Shown here: positions 14,349 through 26,867 of the stretch, piece by piece
How the letters are laid out: each line of letters starts with the position of its first letter
Position numbering within the stretch: position 1 is the stretch's first letter
Assembly: GCF_006345805.1 (NCBI RefSeq)
Contig: NC_043000.1
Span: 125,798,001 to 125,862,000, forward strand
DNA length: 64,000 nt
Source: Octopus sinensis
Taxonomy: Eukaryota
Direction of reading: 5' to 3'
Translations under genes and position numbers: made by a program
Notes under the pieces: model-generated
Told to the model about the DNA's origin: nothing
Databases searched by the model: none
The model's input: the letters and a program-made list of their open reading frames with translations, nothing else

Positions 14349-17300
14349 GACTTTGGCTTAATATACATACATATATATGTTTGTGTTTATCCACCCAATG
14401 CTTGACAGCAGGTGTTGGTTTGTTTACATCCCCTTAACTTAGTAGTTTGGCAAAAGGCCAATAGAATAAGTACCAGATATAAAATAATAAGTACTGGGGG
14501 GAGGTCAACTTGTTCAACTAATCCTTTCAAAGCACTACCCAGCATGGTCACAGTCCAGCAACTGAAACAAGTAAAAGAAAAAAGTACAATAAAAGGCATT
14601 GCTTTTAATCTTGTGATCAATAACTGATTGAGTTTAGAATTGATATATTAATGCTAGCATGCCAAGCAAAATAATGCTTAGCGGTGTTTTGTCTGTCTTT
14701 ACATTCTGAGGGTCGATAAATTAAGTACTAGTTGCATACTGGGATAGATCTAATCGACTGGCATCCCACTCCCCAGAAATTTCAGGCCTTGTGCCTAGAG
14801 TAGAAAAGATTATATTAACATCCAACTCAGACTAACCTCAGTAAATCTTAATGCTGTCAACTGTTACTTAACATGGAATTGCTTCACATTCTTCTAAGGA
14901 TTTTGCTAATAAAAAATCTGTTCAAATTTTTTATTTTTTTATTTATAATTAATTTTGAAGTTCAAAATTTAAGCTTTCAAATTTTCTTTAGAAAATTTGG
15001 AAAGGGTTAATATTGGTTTTGAAAATTTTTGAATATCGACAGGAAAACATATTTCTTGACTAGTATGGATAAGACAGACTATGTTTTCTGAACTATTTTT
15101 CATTTCCTCAATCTCCTTGCCATGAGAAAAAAACGAGTCTACAAATATTTTGTTGATGCAAAGAAAGGAAAAGAAAAAGTGAAAACAGACCATGTTGAAA
15201 TTGATTCCACGCTATTGATTCTTATAAGATAATTTCTAAAAAAAAATGTTACATTTTCAGACTTGAACCAATATAAACTTGTCCTTAAATGTGTCTTAAT
15301 ATTTATGTCCCAGTACATTTTTCTTGGTTTTAAGCTTTCTACTTCACTGATAAAACATATTTCTTATTTGTTCCGTCACATTTTCAAGCAGTTACACTTA
15401 ATCAAAATAGAACATTTACTGTCTCTGCTTCTCAATATACATCTCCAATATAAATTATCATATACTGTACTCAAAATAATTGCTCAAATGAATATTGTAA
15501 CTAGCCACAGGTCTGCTGTGCTCGTAATGAAAGACATTCCAGCCATGTCCATCCCATTTCTTTCAACATCAAGAACCAATACATTGTTATAAAATGTGTT
15601 CTTCCTGACTTTTGATAATGTTAGGGTATGACTTGAGAGAGATTTGACTGTTATTTTTAGCAAGGCAAGAGACCATGTAGAAATTTTGTTCATCATAAAA
15701 TTTGCTTGCAACTGTGTTATTTACCTGTATTGCATATTTACCTGACTTCTTTTTCTAATTATTTCATGCCTACTATTAAGCATTGATTTTTGAAAACTCA
15801 GGGTTAATCTACAGTCTGATCAGTATCACCTCTGTGCTTAAGTGTTTCTATTAGGTTATTAAGTTCCACACTATCTTGGTATATTAAGTCTCGTATTACA
15901 CGCTACTAAGAACAAAAGTCCTTTTACAAACATATTTTTCTTGGTTGAGAGAGATACTGATCAGACTGCTGTCGAATAAAAATTGAATGAATAAATAGAA
16001 AATAACATAGATTGAAATAAGAGGTAATTCAACAATGTTATTTACCAATGGTATTTCACACTTTCCAGAGATTGGAATCAGCCTTTGAAATCCCAACATC
16101 GTAATAACCTTCAGCAATGTCTTTCTCTCCTATCCATTTCCTCTTCAAAATAAACATCTGTTTAAAAAGAATAAAATATACAATGATGTTGTTCCATGTG
16201 GATGGTTTTATTTTGTATTTATTCACTCCAAATAAAAGCAGTTCCTATTTAAGAACCTTCAATACAATATAATTGTAGATTCTTGTTCATTTTTGCTTTG
16301 TTTGTTCTTTCTTTCATCCTGCTTAATGTATGTCCCCCTACTGAGTAAAAGTGGACTCAGCCTCAAAGAATACATAGGTTTATGAGAAGTAGCCCTTTTC
16401 AAAACCATTGAGCTGGGCAATTAAATGTGTTGCTCTATATTAACAAGACTTTTGATAGTTTCTTGTTTATGGGATATGCTAGGTATAAGTTAGTTCATGT
16501 ATAGAACTTATCCAAACTAAGTGTTCATTTTATATACAATCCCTGCAACGTTATTTATTTTCTTCATTCACTGCCTCCATTGCTCTTCTTTCTTCTTTTT
16601 TACTGATTTCATTCCATGTTATTTTTTTCCTCTTCTCTTCATTTCCTTTCATCTTTGCCTTTGTTTTCATTTTTACATTTCCTTCCTTCATTATTTTTAA
16701 GTTTCCTTCCTTAAACCTCATTCTCTTTTGTCCAGTTACCTCATTCTCTCTCTCTCTCTCTCCTTTTAGTTTCATTGTGTTTTTTTTTTTGTTTTTTGTT
16801 GGGGGTTTTTTTCCTCGCTTTGTCATCTGTGCCTTTCTTTCTGTCCCTCTTTTATGGCTCATTTGATTTTTATAACTCCAATGTTTACACCAAAAATTAA
16901 TGAGATATCTTGTAAAACAAAATTTTCCTATTAATTTGGTTACCTTCTTTTCTCCCATTATTGATATTATGCAATCAACAACTTTTGATATTGTCAGAAA
17001 TCACTTTTATAAAGAGAAGCTTTGACATTTACTCATTCATGCAAAGCTTTTAATTGGAGTTATTCTTTATGTAGCTTTAATAATCTGCCATAACCAATTT
17101 CAACATTAACATAACATTTAATGTTTAATATTGAAATATTCTATATATATTTTCTTATGTTTCTTACTACTGCCAGTGGTATCTTTTAGGAGATCCAAAA
17201 TTGCCTCAATAAATGATTCCTTCGGTCATAACATTTATGCATCTGTGCAAAAGCCTACACACATTCTTCTAAAGTTGAACTTCATTACATTGCTAAAACT

Positions 17301-17974
17301 GTTGATACATACTTGTTCAAATAATGTTTCCTCATTTAAATTTTTATGAATATCTCAATATCACTTGTATGACTTTTAATTTATTGCTTTGTAAAAAAAT
17401 ACTGGGAAATTAATATTTAAATTGTAATAACTGAAGTTCCATTTCATTTCATTTTTTTCTAAGAATTCTTTCCAAATATCTTCATATCATACATATTAAT
17501 TATATGTAGAATTTATAAGAAATTAAACATTCTACATATTTTTTGTTTTACTTATTCTTTATCATATCCTATTTCTCTTTGATCATAATCTCTTTGAAAT
17601 TTTCTCATTTATTACCTTGGTAAAATGGCTACATGTTACTAAATATTGGCAATGATAAAGATTTATGTACCAGTGTTGTAATAAATGAAACAGTTGTCTT
17701 ATTATTCACTCTGCATATGTGGTAAAATGATATTTCTGATTCATTAGGAAAGGAAATTTTTTTTTTTTTTTAAATCCTGTTCTAAATTTCAAGTTTCTGT
17801 AAAAAATAATACAGATATTATACAGTATCTTACATTCCACTTTCATATTTCATGAATATTTGTAACCTTCTACTAATCTAAGAAGTTTTTGTTATTACAT
17901 TGTGATGGACAAGACAAATATTGTTCCTCGCAGTGTTATCCCTACATCCAAAATGTCCATCCAACAAACTATTA

Positions 17975-18275
17975 AGTGCAGTCTCTTTTGCTGAACTGCT
18001 AAGTTACAGGGACGTAAACACACCAGCATTGGTTGTCAAGCGATGTTGGGGGGACAAACACAGACACACAACCACACACACACACACACATAAATACATA
18101 CATATATACGACAGGCTTCTTTTCAGTTTCCGTCTATCAAATCCACTCACAAGGCTTTGGTCGGCCCAAGGCTATAGTAGAAGACACTTACCCAAGGTGC
18201 CATGCAGTGGGACTGAACCCGTAACCATGTGGTTCATAAGCAATCTACTTGCCACACAGCCTCTCCTACGCCTAG
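17975..18275 (-). mobile_element. SINE family A copy (antisense); further antisense fragments at about 18340-18560, 18815-18960 and 28365-28520
   Basis: Reverse complement of family A blocks, e.g. ccactcacaaggctttggtcggcccaaggctatagtagaagacac. Confidence 0.85.
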
Positions 18276-18684
18276 TTAGTTTAATTATCTTACTGTCTAC
18301 TCTGATGTATGAGAAATTAAGGTGGTTTGTAATTATCATTTATCTTCTATCTTTTATTTGTGTCAGTCATTAGGCTGTGGCCATGCTGGGGCATTACGTT
18401 GAAGAATTTTTTTAGTCGAATGATGTGACTCCATTACTTAGCTTTCTTTTAAACCTGGTACTTAATGTATTGCTTTCTTTTGCTGAACCACTAAGTTATG
18501 GGACTGTATACTCACCAACATCAGTTATCAAGTAGTAGTTGGGGACGAAGACAGACACACATGTATGTATGTATGTATATAATTAATCAAAAAAAAAAAG
18601 CAAAGAAAAAACACAAGAAAAAACAACATGAGGATGTGGTACATGCAAAGTATTAAAAGATACCCAAGAAAGGAAAGAAAGTGT

Positions 18685-18719
18685 GTTTTACATTTTGAAC
18701 AAGGCTCTTCTTCAGAAAC
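18685..18719 (-). ncRNA. Decayed (probably inactive) minimal hammerhead ribozyme of a second family
   Basis: Minus strand reads GUUU-CUGAAGA-A-GAGC cuu GUUC-AAAA-UG-UA-AAAC. Stems I and II still pair. GAAA>AAAA and CG>UG both fit CpG deamination of ...CTCGAAACGTA... Confidence 0.6.
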
Positions 18720-19042
18720 AGGAGACAGAGGAAAGTCCTAGGGAAAAGGAAGACAGAGGAAAAAAAATTACCAACGATCCACATGTAGTTAAAATACACA
18801 CACACACACACACACAATGGGCTGCTTTCAGTTTCTGTCTACTAAATCCTCTAACAAGACTTGGGTTGGCTGAGGCTATAGTGGAAGACACTTGCCCAAG
18901 GTGCCATGATATGGGACTGAACCCAGAACCATGTGCTTGGGAAGCAAACTTCTTTCTACACTTCTTACCATTTGTGTGTGTGTGTGTGTGTGTAGACAGA
19001 GGGAAGGTCTTATCAATGATTACATTGTAGATTATAAAGTGA

Positions 19043-19430
19043 AGGCACAATGGCCCAGTGATTAAGGCAGCGGACTTGCAGTCTTAGGATCGCGGTTTTG
19101 ATTCCCAGACTGGACGTTGTGAGTGTTTATTGAGCAAAAAACACCTAAAGGTCCATGAGGCTCCGGCAGGGGGTGGTGGTAAACCCTGCCGTACTCTTTC
19201 ACCACAACTTTCTCTCACTTTTTCTTCCTGTTTCTGTTGTACTTGTATTTCAAAGAGCCAGCCTTGTCACACTCTGTGTCATGCTGAATCTCCCCAAGAA
19301 CTACATTAAGGGTACACGTGTCTGTGGAGTGCTCAGCCACTTGCATGTTAATTTCACAAGCAGGCTGTTCCGTTGGTTGATCGGATCAACTGGAACCCTC
19401 ATCATCATAACTGACAGAGTGCCACAGAGA
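19043..19430 (+). mobile_element. tRNA-derived SINE, family E (single copy here)
   Basis: tRNA-like head ggcacaatggcccagtgattaaggcagcggacttgcagtc..ggttttgattccc, followed by about 330 bp of non-tRNA body, so not a tRNA gene. Confidence 0.7.
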
Positions 19431-22400
19431 TTATAAAACTGATTTCTGTTTGTGTTCTCAAAACTGAAATTTGTTTTTAACGAGTAGCTTGTATCCTAAG
19501 TACATAGTTCAGTATGTCATATGTTGGAGGATCCTCCACCTAAATTGTAATCCATTCTATAAAAATTAAATTCTTTAGAAATACATCCACATGTATATGC
19601 AGATGGCAGCCATAAATATTAGTAGTGCAAAGTACAATCGGATACTCACCTCGTGTGAGGAGAAAATTTATATTTTGTTTCTATTTAGCAATCTTTTGAT
19701 TAATATTGGATCAAATATTTCTTCTAATTCTGTAGCAAGATGGGAGTGGCTCATGCATATTAAACCAGCTTATTTTCCATTTTTTTATATATATTTGTAT
19801 TGATTAATGAGGTAAATTGTGTGAAACAACACACATGTACAACTAAGAAATATGTTAATAGATGCCCCGAGACAGTGCTACTTCTAACTACATTTACAAG
19901 CAGTTTTGTTGCTATTTTCTGGTACCTACATTTGTCTGCATTTATAGGTAAACTGTCAGCATTTTTACTGAAGCAATTTTATGTTATTATTCCATTTGCC
20001 CTTGTTACAAAGCAAATGAATTAATGGTTTTTAATTCAAAAGATAAGGCAACGTAATTTCTTGGCTGTTTCGTTTACTTCTGTTCAACATAACAGTAATT
20101 TAGTGTTGCCTTAACAAATAAGATATTTTTGTCATTCTGGTCATAAAAAATAGAATCAGGTTTTTAAGGTGTGAAATGTTGGTCAAGCTTTGTTATGGTT
20201 CCATACTATCATGGCATTCACATTGTTGTTAGTTGAAGCTCTTAAAAATGCTACAAAGTGTAGCCTTGAGAATTTGACTCGGCCATAGTCTTGTTGCTTA
20301 AAGAATACACTAGTATCAATTAAGTCAAGAGAATACCATAATGGAAGCAAAAAACGAGTAAATTTCTTTGAAAAAAAATCTTTATTTTCAAATAATAAAC
20401 AAACAAAAAGGAACGCAGTGTAAATAACGGACAAAGTCAAGACTATTGAAAAGGTTGCAAGACGCAATGAAAATTTTAGGAAAATAAAAATAAGAAATAA
20501 ATGGAAATTTTACCAGTGAGTGTGTTATATTATAAGGCACAAAAAGAAAATGACTCTCCCCATAACAGACACAACAGAATTAATAGTGATAGAAGCAGTA
20601 TGAATATTGGAAGGTAATGTTTATCTCTTACTTAACATGAAGTGTTGTTATGCACCGCAAGTCCATATGAGAGGTCCTCTCAAGGTTAATAATGCAGTGT
20701 TCTGTGTTCTAGTACAACTTCTATATTAAGTTGGCAATAAAGATTTCCTTCTATAATTTCAAATATCTATTTACTTGTTACTAAAGAATTATTTGAGTAC
20801 TGGACATAATGTCTTGCATTATTTATTCCAAATCTATACATTCCAAGTTGAAACCCTGCCAAGGTCAGTTTTAACTTTCATCCCTCTGAGTTGATGAAGT
20901 AAAACACCAGTCCACTAATGGATCAATACAATCAACTAAAATTCTCCTCTCAAAATTGCTAGCCTTGTGCCTGAATTAGAAATTGTTATTAAGAGCAACA
21001 GACTGGTAGAAATGCTGAACAAAATGCTTTGTAGTATTTATTCCAGCTTTTAAGTTTTGAGTTCACATCCCATCGAGATCAACTTTGCCTTCCTTTCTTC
21101 TTAGTTCAATGAAAGTACCGGTAAAGTACTGGGGTGAGGGCCATTTACTTGATCAGTACCCCCTTACCCTGCAAATTTCTGGCATTGTACCAGTATTAAA
21201 AAAGTTATTTTTGTAGTAGCATACCATAATAAATACCTGATTGTGTTTAGTTAGGTTCTCTGCCAGGGCAGTGAATTTCCTGTGTTTTACAGTCACAACC
21301 CATTTTATCACAGCAGTAACCTTCTGAAGCCCATTCTTTAACATTTCAATTGGGAACATTTAACATTTTATACTTTTCTTAGAGAACTATTCTTCAGTTC
21401 TTGTTTGTTGTAAATGGTGTTGCAGCCTGCATGCCTGTTGGCTTATTGTGGTCATGAAAATTCTATATTTTATTAAATATTTCAACAGTTAAAGGCTTTG
21501 TTTTTGTGTTTCTTTTAGAATAATATTACAACCCTTTTAGAATAATATTACAACTATTTGTAGAAAAGTACTGCTCTGAGGTCAATAAAACAGACGAGAG
21601 TAATGTAGTCCATCTCACCAGCCTCAGATGTCCTGCAGAAGTCAGGGGCAATCCCTTTTCTCTAGATCAAACCTATTTTTTAAAAAAAGTAGGTTTAGTT
21701 TCATTAATTCTATCTCTGTCTCTTTATTTCCTACAAATTTGGTGATTTGTACCAAAGTTTAAAAATCATTGGGTAACAAACTTCCAGGATTGTTAAATGT
21801 CAGAAGAATGTCTTGTTCAATTTATTCTGGCTCTTTATGCTGAAGTTCAAATACTGCTGAAGTCAACTTTGCCTTTTCATCCTTCTGGGGTCAATAAAAA
21901 TAAAATACCTATTAAATAGAGGGGTTTATGATATTGACTAACCACCTTCTCAAAATTGGTGGACTTGTGTACTTAAATCAGAACCACCCAGAGTTACACT
22001 GAAAGGAAAATAGTAACTACACCATCCTGTTTATTATAATTATTAATATTTCTTTTAGTTAATAACAATTTGTGCAATAATTTTTCTGGCTTTCCTCAGG
22101 CCTTTTATCATAGCAGTAACCTTTTTATTTTATTGTGTATTGAAAGCAGTAACACTGAATTTTTCCAAAAAACAAACTTTTGAAGTGATCTTTACATCAA
22201 GTCAGAGATGCCTGGTAATAGGATGTTATTAAATGATAGATTACACATGTGTATTATATTTGATACTGGCAGGCATGGGGAGAATATGTTGTGAGCATCA
22301 AAACATGAATAAACCAAAACAGCATTTTCTCCAAACATTTTTCACACCAAAAATTCATGCTTTAAACCCCCATGTGTGTGTGTGTGTTTAATAGATGTCC

Positions 22401-23743
22401 TTTGTCAGTATATGGTATATTTTTCTCTTGCTTCGATTCTTACCTTTCAATAAAATTGGTATACTGTTTGGCAGGAGTTGAAAGAATGTAAAATGAAGCT
22501 TTGTCTGTGTTACATAAATGTGTGTGTGTGTGTGTATTATGTATAAAATGTAGCTATATGTGTATAAAATGAATGCATATATATACATATATATAATGTA
22601 TGTATATGTGTATATAATATATGCATATATAATGCATACATATATAATATTTGTAATGTATATATATAAAGTGCATGTGTGTGTGTATACATACACATAA
22701 TTAGAAGGTTAAACAAGTTTCATTGATTTTTTTATTTTCTTTTTTTTTTTTTTGCTTTTTTTGTTTTCTTTGATTCTTTCTACATGAGAGGAATGGTTAT
22801 GGGAAACTTTGAAATTTATCTATTGTGTGGGCAAGTGTTAGTTAGATAGCTACATAACCTTCTGGTAATCACTAATTATGAAGCTGGAGCATTGCCAGCT
22901 GCCAAACAGACACAGGGAGACATGTGGAGCAAAGTATTTTGCCATCTGGGATAATACAATGGTTATAGCCAAGACACCAGCCATGACTTTGCATGTGGTT
23001 AATAGCCTTGAATCTTAACACAGCAGCCACTGTTCCCCTCCTCTCACCTCCTTTAATTGTTACAGGTTATTGACCAAGATTAATCTCACATATTTTGAAG
23101 TAGAAGTTGTATAATTCAGAATATATCTAAATAAATCAAATTTTCACAGAATTATTCCAGGAATAATTCTCTGTGCACCAAATTTTTAGTACTTTTGCTT
23201 AATGTTAAAATATTTTTTATTCCATTCCAGTATTTGGACTTTTTCTTTTTGACTTTTGCTGCAACTATTTATTAAATTCACTGATTAATAAAGATTAATA
23301 AATTTTATAAGAGCACTTGATTATGATATCTGTATGAATATGACATCATTCATAGCAGTTATTTTTTATATTAGAAATAAGTGATTGGATCACATATAGA
23401 TACTCTTTTGGGCATTTATAGATAGAATAGTAAGTTAACTATCATCGTCATCACATTTCGGTTTCTAGAAATTTTATATCAATAAAATATTAAGCTGCTC
23501 TTTAAATTTTAAATTTCTTTAAATTCTAGCTTTGGAATATTGCTCATTTACTCTTCCTTTGAAATCTTCATTTTTGCTCTATCTTAATTTTTATTTTGGT
23601 TCTCTTTCTGCACTTCATTGTCGACAATTGTTAGCAGCAATTGGTTAAAAATATAAAGTATAAGTCAAGTTTGTACTTCTGGCACTTTTGAGCAGAGAAG
23701 CTCAATCACCTCTGAATCAATGACTAACTTCTATCCATCATCT

Positions 23744-23786
<43 letters not shown>

Positions 23787-25285
23787 ACTCTTGAAACTAA
23801 AGTTATAAAGTGAGTTTCTTCTTTTCTTTTATCCTAAATGTCCTTTGTGTATAAAGATGCAGGTGCTACTCAATGTAGGTCAGCCATAGTCTGTGTATCT
23901 CTCATGAAAAATCGTAGTAAACTGAATTATAGGACTTGCTAGCTGGTGTGTTTATTTAATTTTATTTAGTCAATTAACCACTAACAATAGCCAGTGCACA
24001 ATTTAAGAGATTGGTTTCAATTGAGGTTTTTTCTTTCTCCCCAACCTTATGTTCTTGACTTTGTTTATTCTAGAGCTTTCCTAATACTGTAACAATACAT
24101 TCAACATATTGAACATAGTGTACAGAGTTTTAATTTCAAGAATTACATTCAATCAATACATATATATTACTCTATGGATACTTTTCCTCCTTTTCTTTGA
24201 TTTTCTTGCTTTTTTATATATACATAAAATAATAATATTTTTTGTTACATTCAACTGCCAACTTTTTGCTAACCTCCCCTTGTCATCACAATTCCCTAAT
24301 AATGAATTTTTCTCTGTTAATTAAATTCAACAGGATTCATATCATGTTTACCTCACTCTTCACTGTTGGTTTCTAATAAAAATCTACTTTTACTTCACTT
24401 CTTCCCCCACTTCTTTTGTTATCTTTCCCCCACCCCACCCTTGCTTTCTTCCCCCCATCATCTCAAGAAAGATGTTTTCATAATGTTCTATTTATCAAAA
24501 TGCATTCTAGCCAACAGCTTGTTTGATCAATTGAAACAATGTTTATACTTGTTTCTTTTTGTAATTTTTAATCTTCAGGCAATTTCTAAAAATTTAAAAA
24601 AATATTTTTTTTCTCATTTGTTTTTTCTTTTCAATTTTATATAATTTCTATTTTTTTCTCTCTTATTTCACCAAAGATTATCTTCGTTAAAGTCCAATAA
24701 CTTTAATTTTAGTTTGTTATGTCTTTCATTTGATTTAATTTTCCAATAATTTTTATTTTTGTCTCTCTCTTACTTACTCTTAAATCTACTCTGTACACTA
24801 ACTTCACTTGGTTTTTTCTTTGCTCTTAGCTTCCCCAACTCTTTATGCTTTGCTTCAACATAAAATCTGTCTCCTTTCTTTTTTCTTTCAATATTATAAT
24901 CTTATTTGTCCATTAATTTCTTATACCACATTCTTATCAATTTTAATTTTTGATATCACTTTTACTTGTATGGTCGTAGACGCAATCCATCATCCAGCTT
25001 AACTTCACCACCTGAGATTTTGAGTACCTTTAACAGAGGTCTCTCTCTGTTGCAAGTATTCTGGTCAGACCTCTGGCTTCAGGACACTGCTCTTCCCTTG
25101 CCACACACCATCACCACCAGTCTCAAAGTCTTTGTAGTGGATCAAGAGCATGGAAATGAGACAATTCAGCAGTTTTGAATGCTGCTGATTTGGCACAGCT
25201 GACTGGACTATCAGCCTGTTTTTATGGCGGTACTTATTGGCACCAGTGGTAAGCACACACATGTATGTACATGTAGAAATATACA

Positions 25286-25660
25286 GGCACAGGAGTGGCT
25301 GTGTGGTAAGTAGCTTGCTTACCAGCCACATGATTCAGGGTTCATTCCCATTGCATGGCACCTTGGGCAAGTGTCTTCTACTATAGCCTTGGGGCGACCA
25401 AAACCTTGTGAGTGGATTTGGTAGATGGAAACTGAAAGAAGCCCATTGTATATATATATATATATATGTATGTATGTGTGTGTATCTGTGCCCCCCCCCC
25501 CCAGCATTGCTTGACAACCGATGCTGGTGTGTTTAAATCCCCTGTAACTTAGCTGTTTGGCAAAAGAGACTGATAGAATAAGTCCTGGGGTCGATTTGCT
25601 CGACTAAAGGTGGTGCTCCAGCATGGCCGCAGTCAAATGACTGAAACAAGTAAAAGAGTA
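25286..25660 (+). mobile_element. tRNA-derived SINE, family A (near full-length copy)
   Basis: A-box-like tggctgtgtggtaag and B-box-like gggttcattccc. The body is accttgggcaagtgtcttctactatagcc, then an internal (TA/TG)n, and the 3' part ends gtcaaatgactgaaacaagtaaaagag. Other + copies lie at about 2391-2718, 13540-13745, 36978-37345, 45154-45533 and 55820-56167. Confidence 0.9.
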
Positions 25661-26823
25661 AAGGAGTATGTAAAAAGCTTTAAAAAAAAAAGACTGGAGT
25701 CAATTCATTAATTCCTTAAAGCAGTGCTCCAGCATGACCGCAGTCTAATGATTGAAACAAGTGAAAGATAAAAGAAAGGACATACAGATAGAAAGAATGG
25801 GAGTGAAAGAGAGAGAAAAAGAAAGAGAGGTGGGGGCATTATAATTTCTCAATTGTACACAATTGAATGTAAACATTTTTCCTTTTCTCATACACATAAA
25901 GAGAAGGAGAGATGGAGAAAGGGGTCAAATAAGTCAGCACTGCCAAATAAGCAGCACCAAAACAGTTATGCCAAAATGTCTCATATCCCATGAGCACTGC
26001 CTTTCCTTCTGACTAAAGGATAAAAGAAAACAAGTATGGTATGTCTCAGACATTTGTCAATAGCATTTGTTGTTCCTTGCTCACACACCACTACACTAGC
26101 TGTAGATGTCACTTCTACACATGTCAACAACAATTTTTGATATATCTGTTGCACACTTGTCAACTGACATATATCTCTAACATTTAAACAGAAAAATGTA
26201 AGTAGTATCAGTAATGCTGTATAGACTCTGCATTAATGTTGCTATCATTTGCAGTTAATGTAAAACATTCCTGTTATGTCTTCATTAGCAATGAAGGCTT
26301 GGTACTACAGATGTAGGTACCGAATGTCTTCCATGCTTCATTTCAAAAGGAGGACAGAATAATGTTCGGAACTGACTGAACTCATTTAAATTTCTGTTCA
26401 GTTACTCAGCTGTAATAATATCATTATATGTATCCCTTGTTTTAATCAACAGACTTTTGTGTATTCCTGATTAGTTCAAACCTACAGACACTTCCATTTT
26501 TGAAAGAATATCGAAACATATTTTCGATAACCGAATAACTTCGTATCTCTCTACATCCCTTGGGAATTAGGCAGAATGTTGCTTAATTTTAAAAGATTGA
26601 AATGAATTTTGGTTGGAAACCTCATTGTCTGTCACTAGAGACTTCATATAACCACCAGTTGTCTTCTAGATTATAAGTTGCCTTCCCCTAAATATATATA
26701 TATGATAAATAATATATATATTGTATGTATATATATATATATATATATAATATATATATATTGTGTGTGTGTGTGTGTTGAGTACCTTATTTACTGTGGT
26801 TAACCCTGACTCAACCCGGGACC

Positions 26824-26867
<44 letters not shown>

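Noticed and set aside
16551-16958. 135-aa K/E/R-rich minus-strand ORF
   Set aside because: Translation of a pyrimidine-rich low-complexity tract.
19043-19125. tRNA-like sequences at SINE heads (also 25286, 38375, 41349, 55820)
   Set aside because: They have A/B boxes but no complete cloverleaf or acceptor stem, and run into repeat bodies; they are SINE heads, not tRNA genes.
21514-21557. Short tandem duplications (ttttagaataatattacaac x2; ttttgataagcta x2 near 1246-1272)
   Set aside because: Ordinary slippage duplications.
24966-25250. GC-balanced island with a 70-aa ORF (MYGRRRNPSS...) as a possible cryptic exon or retrocopy
   Set aside because: Stops in all frames over the island, no recognisable domain and no convincing splice-site pair.
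25981-26220. Minus-strand ORF (LNVRDICQLTSVQQ...) as a nested-gene exon
   Set aside because: No recognisable homology or splice signals.
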